A stretch of DNA of 64,000 bases from Octopus sinensis (lineage: Eukaryota): the NCBI RefSeq assembly GCF_006345805.1, contig NC_042997.1:8742001-8806000 (forward strand). The letters are read 5' to 3'. This document shows positions 13,001 to 26,799 of this stretch, in pieces (position 1 is the stretch's first letter; each line of letters opens with the position of its first letter). The position numbers and the translations under genes are program-made. The notes under the pieces are model-generated. The model was given only the letters and a program-made list of their open reading frames with translations, had not been told where the DNA came from and did not search any database.

Positions 13001-14352
13001 AATTACTCAATAAGACTAAGAATGACATTGTTTTGTCCAAGGTTGTTAACCAAATCAAAACGAATAGATGGAATAATTTCTCAGTATGTGAGAGACCCTA
13101 TAAAGCAATTTGACATAAACTCACTGATGATAATGAGATTGTTTGCCATGTGAATCTTTTTGCTACAATGTGGTGACAAATTTTCATAAAAACTATGTGA
13201 TAACCTCTATTATAGTGCAATAGCTACAATAAATTGACTGTAACTAAAAGCATGGTAACCTAGACACTGTAATGTTATCAAATATTATGTCTGAAATTTC
13301 CCTAAATGGCGTCAGGTTAAACCCATACTAAAAGTTACTCAGCATACATGTATAATTGAAGACAAGCCAAGTTTACTTTGTTCATATGAATCCTGGTTAT
13401 GTTCCTAGTATTAGTTGATTACTCATACTTGTTGATACATGTCCTGTTTGGCCAGAAGTCATCAGAATTAATGGCCAGTCTGCTAAAACAGTGATCAATG
13501 TTTTAAGAACTATTTTTGCTATGAATAGGATTCCACATAAAATGGTTTTATGTAGTGCTGCAGAATTCCATCATAGAACATTGTTAAAGTTTCTTACTGA
13601 GATAAGTTGCAAATCCTTTAAGATGTCACCACAGCATCGAGTATTTAACAATCATGTTGATAAAATGAGGCAAATGGTGAAAATGTGAATTAAAGATTCT
13701 AAAAATTTGAATCCTTTAATGCTTATTTATCAAAATTTAAACTCAGTTATCAATCGATTCCTAATACTGAAAAAAAGCAGAAACCTTTGACATAGATGGG
13801 ATATCAGAGAAGAACAGCTTTAAAAATCTCTTGTGTTATTGATACATCAAAACCTCAGTGCAATACCCACAAAAGTCAACATCTAACACATGATTTGCAG
13901 TAGGAAAAAATTACTGAGCATTTCTAGTGAATAGTGATTAAATAGGGAGATTGCTCTGGGGATGATGAAAATATCATAAAATGGGATTCTTAACAAAAAA
14001 CCAGAAGAACAAAAAGACCAAGTCCAGTTAATCAGAATGTTGATGTGCTACAATCATTGACTGAGAGTATTTCATCATCAAATGAAACTAATGTTGTTAC
14101 CAGTAACACAGCTCTTAATGATGTTGGACAAAGCAAAAGTTTGAGCAAGGAAGTTCCACTTAAACAAAACAGGAAGATGAAATATTATTTTGGAACAATT
14201 GTATTGCGCAGATTTTGTATGACAGTGTCATGCAATCTACCAAAATGGTTATGTGATTAAGACTAACATAACATGGCAGCCTTTTCAGTAAAGACAAGTT
14301 TGCTTCCTTTTATTGACAGCATAACAGTTGTTTCACTCAGCAGAGGGCATAC
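10017..14352 (+). mobile_element. Old Ty3/Gypsy LTR retrotransposon with both short LTRs, pol heavily decayed
   Basis: LTR pair 10017-10140 / 14216-14352; RT relic FQHSMESALGYFTGIIIH(L)DDI at ~12129-12193; RNase H relic EREAL...LITEHKPL ~12710-12810; integrase relic VLRTIFAMNRIPHKMVL 13491-13688; RT-RH-IN order. Confidence 0.8.
10663..10996 (-). mobile_element. SINE family A variant nested in the Gypsy element
   Basis: tRNA head and shared body, distinct 3' tail. Confidence 0.8.
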
Positions 14353-14489
14353 AAACAATAACAACAACACCAACAACATTATTCATAAGACTGACAAAAG
14401 TAATAGTGATAAATCAGTAAGACATTTATCAAACTACACACACGCATATATATATATATATATATATATTTACAGTTCTTGATAGTCTA

Positions 14490-15330
14490 CAGACATTTCT
14501 TTCACAGCAAATTAGACGCAACATTATAAACTATGTAAATTTTATAAAGAAAATAAGAATCACTCTGACTAGACACGAAGACATAAATTCTTGCACAACA
14601 CTCTTCCCAGACCAAATTACACTCCTTGACCTTGATACCAACTTCTAAATCCAAAATATGAATAAAAAATTTGAAATTAAGCTTCTCTATCAAGTTGTTG
14701 AAAAACTCAACAGTTATAAAGGTAAGTGATAAACTTCAAGATGAATCAAACAAATCAGATGCTGCCCACACAACAACAAACCACTCAACTGCAAACTTTA
14801 AAATGCTTTGTATATTTTTTTATTCTTTTATTCTTTTACTTGTTTACTAGATGCAGGAGTGGCTGTGTTGTAAGTAGCCTGCTTACCAACCACATCGTCC
14901 TGGGTTCAGTCCCAATGCATGGCACCTTGGGCAAGTGTCTTCTACTATAGCTTCGCCTATGAATCTACTTTTTACATTGTCTTGTGAACTAATTCCAGAT
15001 CTTCTATGATTAAAACTATCATGCCAACATCAAAATATGTAAAAATAACAAAAGTAGTATATCTGTAATGAGGTATAAAGGAGAATACATGGCAAAGCTC
15101 AATAGTTTGACCCAAGCAAATGGATATGGATTCAGAAAGATACTAACAACCCATTAAAATTTTAAGTAATTACACCATCTATATAAATAAACACTCAAAT
15201 AAGGACCTATTATTTTCCATACATTAAAGATTCCTCCTAGAACATAGCAAGAGAACTATAAAAATTTACAAATAACATAACTCCTTCCAAGCTAAAATGT
15301 CTCAAGTACTTATGGCTGTACGTAAAATTC
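14490..15330 (+). mobile_element. Possible very decayed Penelope-like RT fragments
   Basis: Weak similarity to DKGxxVVIM..EY..KL and YGxPKIHK motifs around 15040-15330. Confidence 0.35.
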
Positions 15331-15448
15331 AGTTAGATAATGCTATCACGTTATAGTCACCTAAAACATATAATATACAATCATCTGAAGAGCAGTGTGT
15401 TTGTGGATTATTGGAGAGGTATACAGTGGCTGACGATGAGGTTCTAGG

Positions 15449-15553
15449 TAAATTACACCACAGAAATTTCACCAAAGGTAAATTCCACCATGGTAATATT
15501 CCACCATGGTAATATTCCACCATGGTAATATTCCACCATGGTAAATTCCACCC
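15449..15553. repeat. 15-16-bp minisatellite (ggtaatattccaccat)n, ~6 units
   Basis: Direct tandem copies visible. Confidence 0.85.
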
Positions 15554-15663
15554 ATAGACAGACTTCCAATGTAAGCTGTTCCCACTAACAATTACCATAG
15601 TCAGTTTCTCTAGACTGTGGGCCAATACCTATGTTATTTAATCTGTCTGTTTCTCAAGTCTTC

Positions 15664-15703
<40 letters not shown>

Positions 15704-16329
15704 TGTGTGTCTGAAGGTGAGATAGAAAATAATCTTTATAATCTACTTAAATTGAGATGGGATCACTTTAATGTACACCCATTCGAGCAAGAATCTCTGA
15801 AAAAGACTCATCACAAAATTTCAAAAATAATATAATTTGGGATAAAGAAAGAAAAGATTAAATTTTAGCGCGCATTTTATTATAGCAATGCCAACCACTT
15901 TGCTGAATGTTCGGTGTCAATGTGCATATTCGACAAAGTGTAAGCATCTTGAGAGAAAAGTTGGGCACAAGAGACATATATTTGATATAGACAGAAATAT
16001 ATGTGATATAGACATATATGTGATATAGACAGAAATAATGGGTTATATACATTTATTATCAATTATAGGCTTACAACTGTTTCAGATATGTATTTAGGTT
16101 GCTTTCATAGTTCATTTTTATCAATCAATCAACTGATCAGCTGAAAATATAGGGAACAACAAATTTAGATGCATGTGTATGTGTGAAAACATATATTCAC
16201 ACTTATATGCAAATATATATATATATATACATTCTTAGATATATGTATACATGTATGGAAGTACATTCCAAAATAAAAATTATTTAACTGGTAAGTTACA
16301 AATGGTTGTGTTAGACCAGGTCTATTCTG

Positions 16330-16630
16330 TCTGACTCTGGCTGAGCACTCCACAGACACGTGTACCCTTAACGTAGTTCTCGGGGATATTCAGCGTGACA
16401 CAGAGAGTGACAAGGCCGGTCCTTTGAAATACAGGTACAACAGAAACAGGAAGTAAGAGTGAGAGAAAGTTGTGGTGAAAGAGTACAGCAGGGATCACCA
16501 CCATCCCCTGCCGGAGCCTCGTGGAGCTTTAGGTGTTTTTCGCTCAATAAACACTCACAACGCCCGGTCTGGGAATCGAAACCGCGATCCTACGACCGCG
16601 AGTCCGCTGCCCTAACCACTGGGCCACTAT
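16330..16630 (-). mobile_element. SINE family A
   Basis: Near-identical to 38578-38890. Confidence 0.9.
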
Positions 16631-16681
16631 GACTCTTGATAAGACACACCAAATGACCATTTGAAAGACAGTGGTATTTTA

Positions 16682-16775
16682 ATCATCATCATCGTTTAAC
16701 GTCCGTTCTCCATGCTAGCATGGGTTGGACGGTTCGACCGGGGATCTGGGAAGCCAGAAGGCTGCACCAGGCTTC
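16682..16775 (-). mobile_element. RTE 3' tail fragment
   Basis: (ATC)n + gtttaacgtccg..ccatgctagcatgggttggacgg. Confidence 0.85.
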
Positions 16776-16919
16776 TGGCTTAATAATAAATTTTATTGTG
16801 TCAGGTTGGGCATGCTTTACACTCTCCAATGTTTAATCCGTTTCTGTGCATTTGCAGATTTTGTTGGTGTTCGCTATCGAGGCAGGCAAGAAGAATGTGA
16901 CTTCTAATGCTCTTCTGCA

Positions 16920-17345
16920 CGTATATATCTCTTTCTCTTTACTCTTTTACATGTTTCAGTCATTTGACTGCAGCCATGCTGGAGCACCGCCTTCAGTCGA
17001 GCAAATCGACCCCGGGACTTATTCTTTGTAAGCCCAGTACTTATTCTATTGGTCTCTCTTTTGCCGAACCGCTAAGTAACGGGGACGTAAACACACCAGC
17101 ATCGATTGTCAAGCAATGCTAGGGGGACAAACACACACACACAAACACACACACATACACATATATACATATATATACATATATATACGACAGGATTCTT
17201 TCAGTTTCTGTCTACCAAATCCACTCACAAGGCATTGGTCGGCCCGGGGCTATAGCAGAAGACACTTGCCCAAGATGCCATGCAGTGGGACTGAACCCAG
17301 GACCATGTGGTTGGTTAGCAAACTACTTACCACACAGCCACTCCT
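16920..17345 (-). mobile_element. SINE family B
   Basis: Reverse complement of 57350-57765. Confidence 0.9.
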
Positions 17346-17914
17346 GGAGATGTAAGTTTGACCTTTTAGCTTTTAAAGAGCAATATCCAGCCCAAATATT
17401 CCACTGTTTTATTTTTAAACTGTCCACATCCAGCCTCACACACCTACCCTATAATATCATTCTAGAAGTAACCATCATCAAAATCTCAAAGCTACAAGCT
17501 AACGCAGGATTAATTCAAAATCATGTGAATAAATAAGTATTACATCTGACAGAGTAATCCAAATGGATTACATAGTTGAGATTATCTTCCTTACCTTCTC
17601 AAGTCATGGTGACTCAAAAGGGCTGGTTTTCCAGTTTCCATAATATATAGTATCATTGTATCATTATATATGTATATACGTTTTTATTATTATTTTGCAA
17701 TTTACTTAATCATCGGTATATTATTATTATTCTAATTTTAATATTTCTATTATATGTAATTTTCTAGATGGTGTAATTTAATTGTTCATTTTGAATTGAT
17801 AAAAGGTGTTTTTTCTAATTTTTATACATATATGTTATATTTTGTGAAATTTGATTTAGTATTTCTAAATTGAATTTTTCCCTGTAAGTTAGGAATAATA
17901 TTCCCTCAGATAAT

Positions 17915-17948
<34 letters not shown>

Positions 17949-18296
17949 TCCCCACTTGGATGGAACACTGGTCTGACACAGGATCACTCAGCAGAGTGGA
18001 CTGGAGCAATGTGAAAGGAAGTATTTTACTCAAGAACACAACACATCATCTAGTTCAAGAATCGAAACCACAATCTTACGATTATGAATCCAACACCCTA
18101 ACTACTAAGCCACATATCTCTGATTATAGCTGTGATTGCATCCCAATGATTAGCAGTTCACTTAAAGCTCAGAAAATGCTTCAGTGTCCAACAACCACTG
18201 ACATGCTACAGAACTCAGGTGACACTCACAATGGAAAATTCTGGCTGTACACACAGGATCCTAAATTGTACCCAGAAAAGAGGCCCCTAACTGGTA

Positions 18297-18620
18297 TATA
18301 GAGGAGAAGAAGAAGGGGAAGGGGAAGCGGGGAAGTGGGGGAAGGGGAAGAGGATGGGAAGGGCAGGAGAAGAAGGGGGAGGAAGAGGAGGAGGGGAAGA
18401 GGAGAAGGAAGGGCAGGAGGCGGGGAGAAGAAGAAGAAAAAGAAGAAGAAGAAGAAGAAGAAGAAGAAGAAGAAGACGATGACGACGAAGAAGAATAAGA
18501 AGAGAAAGAAGAAGAAGAAGAAGAAGAAGAAGAAGAAGAAGAAGAAGAAGAAGAGAAGAAGAAGAAGAAGAAGAAGAAGAAGAAGAAGAAGAAGAAGAAG
18601 AAGAAGAAGAAGAAGAAGAA
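18297..18620. repeat. Polypurine tract: G-run cluster followed by long (GAA)n
   Basis: Five G4-5 runs at 18315-18347, then GAA repeats. Confidence 0.95.
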
Positions 18621-18954
18621 TATACCCTTGTAGTTAACTGATACCTTATTTATCAACCTTCAAAATATAAAAAGGAAAGCTGATCTTGGCAGGATTTGAA
18701 ATCTGGGTGCCACAAAGCATTCTATCTGGCAATCTAATGGTTCTGCCAATCAGTTTCATTTAATGTAAAGCAAATATCATACAGGGCTTTACTCAAGGAG
18801 CACCGTTAATTCACTTTCTTTGTAGATATTCTCATGCTTTGCCAATGTATATCACTGAAATATACCAACACACATGCACACACACACACATACATTCAAT
18901 TACATACACTCATATATGTATGTATTTGTACATATATTTGTGTATGTGTATCTG

Positions 18955-19006
<52 letters not shown>

Positions 19007-19070
19007 AATATATATATATATATGCGTATATACATATATATATAGAGAGAGAGATAGATAGATAGGTAGG

Positions 19071-19133
<63 letters not shown>

Positions 19134-19576
19134 GTAGATAGATAGGTAGGTAGACAGATGGATAGCTAGATAGATACACAAACACACATGTACACTCAAA
19201 GACACAAACACACATGCACATATATAAGCATATATATATATACACACACACACACATACACACACATACATACATATACATACACACACATTTATATATG
19301 TTGCATTTGTGTTGAGAAAGTGAATGTTTATTCATGTGAAATGTAGGGGGAAATAAATTACATTAAATCCACACAGATTGTTCATGATATTATAAATATC
19401 CCCTTTATCATTCATTTAGCAGATAAAGAAATTGATATGGATATTATGCATACATACATATATATACATACATACATACATGCATACATACATATACATA
19501 CATACATATATATATATATAAAGTAGCAAAAAGATAGTTTGAAACATAATATAGTAGTGCGATGTGAAAACAAATC

Positions 19577-19619
<43 letters not shown>

Positions 19620-20719
19620 GAAATCAAAACTAGAAGAATATGATGAAAAGAACAAAAAACTATAAAAAAAAACTATATCAAATAATAAATAGAAAGAATT
19701 AATGGGAAAATTATGAAGAAAGCACAACAATGGAAAAGAAAAATTGTTAAGATCCAATATATTTGTTGTGCAATTTGTGATAACTTAAGTAATTCAAAGA
19801 TGATTTTGCTTGATAGTGAAAAAGCCACGGACTTTTTTTCTTAATATCAAACTCATTTTCGTTACCACTTTTTTCTTTTTTTTTTTTTTTTTTTTTTGCT
19901 GCATATAGATGGGGATGAGTAAAAAAAATCTCTCTAAGTTCTCTGAGTATTTTTTAACAATTTGTTTGTGCTTTGTTTGTGCGGGATTGTTATGATTTCT
20001 GTTCTCTTTTCATTGGGTTTAGTGGTTGTGGTGCTGGTGCTGGTGCTGGTGCCGGTAATGGTTGCGATGGTGGCTGCGGTGGTGATGGGAAGGGGATATA
20101 TAGCTTTCTATTTATTTATCTTTCATATCTGCATTCACAAAGAAAATAGTGGTGTTGGTAGAAGAGAGTGTTGGTGATGGTGGTGGTGGTGGTGGTGGTG
20201 GTGGTGGTGGTAGTGGTGGTGGTTGTAGTAGGAGCATTAGTGAAGATTGGAAAACTGTAGAAATTTTAGAACAGTGTTCTGATGCGATTTGAAGTAATTA
20301 ATCCTGTTCTTTTCTATTCTGTGTTCAAATACAGTTGGGGTTCACTCCCCTCATTCAGGGATTGGAAAAACAAGCTTGATTATTTACTGTAGTTGATTAT
20401 TTAATTCCCATAGCAATTTGAAAACAAAAGACTTGTTTGTTATAAGTTTCTAATAGATAGATCACAGGTTCTCCGAATTTCCAGTGGCATGAGTAACAAG
20501 GGAGTATCTTATTTAATGTAGAACAAATATCATGAGAGATCTCAGTCAAAGGGCACTGGTTTATCAGTTTCTTTGCTGATGGTTACATCCTTTCTCAATA
20601 TACATCAGTGAATAATATGCATATGTGTGTGTGTGTTTATACACACACACACATATATATACATAGTGTTTTTTCCCTAGTTTCAGCCCAGAGCTTCAAC
20701 CATGCTGATGTACCGCCGT

Positions 20720-20776
<57 letters not shown>

Positions 20777-20838
20777 CATATATATATAAATCAATAAATG
20801 GTATGTATGAATGTATGTATGTATATATACACATACTT

Positions 20839-21700
20839 ATGAGGTGTGGTGAATATATTGTCGTCTAAATTACGCAAAAATGAAAATAACACTAACATCT
20901 CATTTTTTAACAGGTATATTTGCCAAAATTGTATAAAAATATCTTGTAATGCTAAAGAATAAATTTATTCAATAAAATTGCCATTGGCTTCAGCCACAGC
21001 CTCCAGTCGACTTTCGAATTTTCTGCAACTCTTCTGGACGGTCTCTTTGTGTTAAAGTTGCTGAATGCTGCCACAACCCTTGCCTTCAGTTCATCTTTGG
21101 TGTTACAAGGAGTTTTGTCGGTCCCTCGCCACACATAATAATTAAGGGGGTTGCAGTCTGGGGAGTCAGGTGACTAGATGCTAGAGGTGATGTGGTCGCA
21201 GAAATTGTCTGACAGCCATGACTGGGTTCTCCTGCTTGTGTGGCATGGTGTAGTGTCCTGTTGCCAGACATAGGGTCTTCCATCAGCCACCCTCTTCACC
21301 CAGGGCAGCACTACCTGCTCCAGACACTTCATGTAGGCCTCTGTGTTGAGTCTGAGATCATGTGGGAAGATGAATGAAGGCGAAACTTTGCCATTGTAAG
21401 TGATCACTCCAAATACCATGATGTTGACTGGATGTTTAATTCTTATCACTCTGGTACATGTCCTCAGACTGACACACAAACACTCTGAAATGTTCGTATT
21501 GGAGCTTTTGGCATGAATGCCAAACAGTACAGCATATCATTTCCAAATTTCCAGCAGAGTGAATAGCATCATTGTGCTGTTTTCCTCACAGAAGGTGCCC
21601 AGCTGGCCCTACTATACTCTGTAATCAACAAAATCAAAAACAAACAATATGCATGCATGAAATTAAAAATACAAAATGGCAATACCAATCACACCCAGTA
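20839..21700 (-). mobile_element. Internally deleted Tc1/mariner (DD37D/maT-type) relic
   Basis: KHPVNIMVFGVIT...YVWQQDTTPCHTSRRTQSWL, SPDCNPLNY after a frameshift; degenerate TIRs. Confidence 0.75.
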
Positions 21701-23097
21701 TATCTTATACATAAATGACAATGTCTGTCTGTTGATCTGCCTGTTACCATTTTGCTGCCTACACCAGTGAACCAATCTTGATGAAACTTTGCGTACATAT
21801 TAAACTAACATCCAATTCAATTATAGACTAAATGGATTTCAATAAAATTCTATAATGGGCCTCCAAGTGGGATTGGGGTATTATTTGATACAATGAAAAG
21901 TGTGCAGAGTGTTAGTGTGAGGGAAATGTGATGGCATAGTGAGTGTGGCCAATATCAGGGAAAGGGAGAACAGCATTTGTAAGCAACAAATATGGAGTGG
22001 CAGTGGGATCGTAACATTAATACAACTGTCATTCACAGGTATACATGTGACACTGCATACATACTTTCATAAATACATAGATACATGCGTACATACATAC
22101 ATGCATGTACACATACACATACACACACTACATACACACACATGCACATACATATAACTAACTTTGAAAATGCAAAGCAAGGGAAAGAAATATGGGTGTG
22201 AGAAATACATAGCTTTAAGTAGAGAGGGGTAGGTGGCTTTTCTACTGCCCATTGCAAAGAAACACACACAGACACACGCATACACACACACATACAAACA
22301 CATATATATAGATATATACATATTCACATATATATATATGCACATACATACATATGTCTACTATACATCATTTTAAACTCATGATTACCTGTGTATACGT
22401 ATGTAAAAGTGTGTGTGTGTTTCAGTGTGTGTTTCAGTTGTATGTGTGTGCTTCAGTGTGTGTGTGTGTGCATGTGTGATTCAGTGTGTGTGTGTGTGAC
22501 GTCCTGTAACTGTCTGTCTCTACTTCTGTAGGGTTTTCCCTGTTGCTGTTACATTGTGAAATTTTTAAATTATGTAAAAAAATTTTCAAATTTTGTAAAT
22601 TGAAATAATTTTCCACATTAAATCCGATTTTATTATCAAATTGTTCCAGAAAAATTGCAGAAAAATGTTACTGAGATTTAAGGTTTAATCAATTTTACCT
22701 AATCAGAAAACAGGATTTGAAAGCTGGCATTTTTTACATGATAGTTGTCAATCACAAAAATGAAAGCAAAATCATTATGAGGTGGGATTTTTATTAAACA
22801 AACGAAAGCAAAGCATTATGACGACCGAAGTTGTAAAAACTTCTGAAGTTTTAATAAGTTTTAATGAATAAAGTCATGTGAAATAGTCAAACAGACATAT
22901 AAGTAATTTAAAAAGGGAAAAAAAATCCCCAACAAAGTTTTTGCAAAAAATTGTATAAATCTGTCCTGATCAAGAGGCTTATCTGTCAGGGAAGGCATGG
23001 TCTGACATAGAATAAACAAAAGTTTATATAAGACGTTCTATTCTAAAAACTGCCCATCAATGACAGGCTATCCAGCTAGTAAATATGTGTGTGTGTG

Positions 23098-23139
<42 letters not shown>

Positions 23140-23176
23140 AAATATATATATATATACACACACATATATATATATA

Positions 23177-23306
23177 CAGGTGTCCCAAAAAAATGTATAC
23201 ACATAGTGGTTCGGCAAAAGAGAACGATAGAATAAGTACTAGGCTTACAAAGAATAGCAAATTTACAATTATTTAAGGTGTGTATACATTTTTTTGGGAC
23301 ACCCTG
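23177..23306. mobile_element. Tc1-like MITE with internal SINE-B patch
   Basis: TIRs caggtgtcccaaaaaaatgtatacac / gtgtatacatttttttgggacaccctg, TA flanks. Confidence 0.8.
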
Positions 23307-23530
23307 TATATACATAATTTAAAAATAGAATAAAATCTTTATAAGAATTTATGAAGTAGTTAGTGTGAAAAACCTCACAAGAGAAAAATCCATCAATTTT
23401 TCTCTTAAATATAATTTATTTATATTGAGGGCATTTATGTATAGTGATGCCCTCAATATAAATAAATTATATCTATCTATCTATCTATCTATCTATCTGT
23501 CTATCTATCTATCTATCTCTCTCTCTCTCC

Positions 23531-23624
<94 letters not shown>

Positions 23625-24099
23625 CAGAGATTAGTGAGTGACAAGTAATTTCAGAGTCAGAGCTAGATTGATGTAGAAACAAAGAGAAGAAAATGAAAAT
23701 ACAGAAAGTAATAGATCCCACAGTTGGGAATATGTTTAGAGAAAATTCATTTGATGAGTACAACTGTGTGAAGAACATCCTAATACCGGTAGCATAGACA
23801 GCTGGAATTTCAATAAAACGACCTTCTTGGTACTATAGATCAGACCTGTGATATGGTCAAAGTCCCAGTCAACCTGAAGGTCATGTGAGGGTGGAATGAA
23901 ACAGTTGAGAGGGTGGTAAATGTTAATAGACAGGCTTGGGAAACTTGGAAGGAAGATGATAGTAGGGAGCATTATCCAGTGCGGTGAGACAACATGTATG
24001 TTTGGCAAAATGGGGAGTTAGGAAGGAAGGGATCTGCATGTCCTACAATTTAAGGATCAAGGACATGAAATGTTTGTGATTGTAAAACAGTGCCTGAGA

Positions 24100-25110
24100 G
24101 AGAAGTATGACACCCATTGATGAGAAGTAAGTTCAGAATGAGGAATGCATACTTGCCAACCATACTGAAAACTAGAAAGACATGAGGAAGTACTGTTGTG
24201 AGAGGGTGCTGAAAGAAGAGGATGCTTGGGATAAAGATGGGCTACCCCGTGTTGATCTGGCAGAGGGGTAAGTAATTCTAGTGGATTGCAGTTTGGTAGC
24301 TAAAGTAATTAAGAGCCTGAAGAGAGGGAAAACTGCTGATCTATCAAAAATAGTTGCAGAGATGCTCAAAACATCTGGATTATATGGGATTACCATTTGG
24401 ATAGTCAATCAAGTTATGCAAGAAGATGTCTTACCCAATGACTGACAGAGTAGTATAATCATAAACTGCTGCAAATGCAAAGGAGATGCCTTAAAGAGAA
24501 GCTACAATAGCAGGATCATACAATTGGATCAGGTTATTAATGTCACTGAGAGAGAGTCATATCACAATGGATCCATACCAATGGAGATCAAGATGAGATG
24601 TAGTTTGGCTTCATGCCAGGAAGAAGCACCATGGATAGGAAAAGTACTTGACTAAGAATAAACATCTACTCTTGTTTTTTTTTTTATTTGGAAAAGGCAT
24701 TTGACAGAATACCACATTCAGTAATCTGGTAGCCTTTGAGTAAACTAAATGTTGATGAATAGCTTATGAGGGCTGCACAAGCTATGATCAAAGAGGCAGT
24801 AAAATAAATCAACAATGATTTCAGTGATAAATTTAACCTGAAGATAAGAGTCCATCAAGGTTCAGTCTCCATTCTCTCCTATTCATCATAGTCCTACAGG
24901 CCATCAGAGAGGAATTTAAGATTTGACATTCATAGGAATAGCTATATGCTAACAATCTATAGAGTAGTTAGAGAGTAATTAGAGAGAAAATTCCAGGTAT
25001 GGTAAATAAATCTAGAATCTAGTGGTCTCAAGGTAAAATTAATAAAGACTAAGGTTTTAGTAGGCAGGAAAAAAGAAAAGACACTGGTATCTTCTGGGAT
25101 ATGGTCCTAG
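24100..25110 (+). mobile_element. Decayed RTE RT region
   Basis: FGFMPGRSTMD, LEKAFDRIP, HQGSV, YANNL (YADDL), KTKVLVGRK motifs with stops and frameshifts. Confidence 0.8.
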
Positions 25111-26767
25111 GTTAATCTTGTTTGAGCAAAATTACTCCTAACTATTCTTTCTTTTTTGCTATGTTTATTTGGTAATGCATTTTTCATTTTTTTCTTCCTT
25201 GATTGAGAGGTAGAATTTGATTTTGGGGGAAATTCGGCTGCTATTTCTCACACCTCAAACAAACAACAAAGATGATTCTTTGTTGGCTTGTAAGATTCAT
25301 TAATCTGATCCTAGTGAATGGAGTGCTGGTCATCATCAAAATGATGAAATTTAATGGTGGTGTAATGGTGGTGGTGGTGGTGGTGGTGGTGGCGGCGGCA
25401 GTGGTGGTGGTAGCGGCGGTGGTAATGAATATTTCAGTGATGGTGCTGCTTAGTGTACTAATAGTGTCATACCCATTATATTAATGCTGACAATGCTATA
25501 TGTTAAGAGGGTGATTCTAGAGACGATGTTGACGACAATTTTTTTCCTCATCATCTTCATTGGCATCAGGCATCATCAGAATCACCATTACCATCGCCTT
25601 CATCATTAACTTTGCAATAATGATATTGATAGTTGTCCCAATAGTGATGATTGGTAGTATAAAAAGTAATATTATCATGGAAATATGTTTTTAGTTGGTT
25701 TGGAGGTCATGGCATGGGTGATGAGGTAGGGAAAGCAGAGCAGAAGGATGTTTAAGAGAATATAACTGAAAAAAAACAAAAAAAAAACAGAAAAAAAAAT
25801 AAACAGAAAGAAAAAGAAACCCAGTGGGTTTCTTGAGATACTCAGCCAGATAATGTTGTTGAACAACCAAACACATGACTCACTCATCTAAACAAAGCTA
25901 TCTGAAGCTTTACTTCTCATTTGATAACATCACTGCACTTAACATAGTAATAGAAAATGTTTCGACATCAAAAGTTATGAAAACAGCATTCAATAATTTT
26001 CACCCATCCACCCCACCCATCTCATATCACCCTTTTTCACTTTTATCCCAACTTCTCTTTTATTTTTCTGATTTTCTGAGATGCCAATTCACAATATTCT
26101 TCTGATTAGGATTTGAGGCTAATCTTTATTTTTTTTTTTTTTGCTGTACTATTTTTATATTTGTCTTCTTTCATTTGAATTTTTCTTTTATTTATTTATG
26201 TATTTATGTTGTTGTTGTTGTTGTTGTTGCTGTTTTTATCTTCAAGAATTCCTTATTCGTTGAATTACTGAATGATTTCTATTTTCTGCTGATCATCAGA
26301 TCGGAAAAGAATTCAGCAACCAATTCTGATTAATATTCTTATTGTTTTCTCTATGTCGTCATATTGATAATTGATTCACATTTTATTTATTTCTTTGATT
26401 CATTGCTTGTACGTATGCGTGTGTGTGTGTGCACGTGCCCGTAAGTGTGCTTGTATGTATATATGTGTATGTGTGTGTGTGTAAGTGTGGCCAATTGTGT
26501 ACGTATGTGTGTGTAGTTTCTACCATTTCAATATTATTTTCCAATCAGATATTATACAATAATTATTGAAAGACATTTCATGTAGAAATTTACTGCATAA
26601 GTTTTTCAAGATCTTCTACTCTGGCTGCAGAGAACAGTAGCTACTATGAAAGCAGTTGGTATGTTATTGATTGTTGGTGTTGTTGTTTGACCACACATAA
26701 GCCCTGATTCAATAGACCTATGATCAAGTATTTTCTAGCTTTACCTGTTTCTTTGTGATATAGAGTT

Positions 26768-26799
<32 letters not shown>

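Noticed and set aside
18261-18656. Poly-K/R and poly-F/S ORFs
   Set aside because: Translation of the (GAA)n tract
20335-20400. P-loop-like peptide HSGIGKTSLI
   Set aside because: Lacks the first Gly of GxxxxGK; stop follows within a few codons; no donor
25675-25900. Very strong minus-strand polypyrimidine acceptor at ~25748
   Set aside because: Downstream frames hit stops with no donor; the tract is a low-complexity A-run on the plus strand
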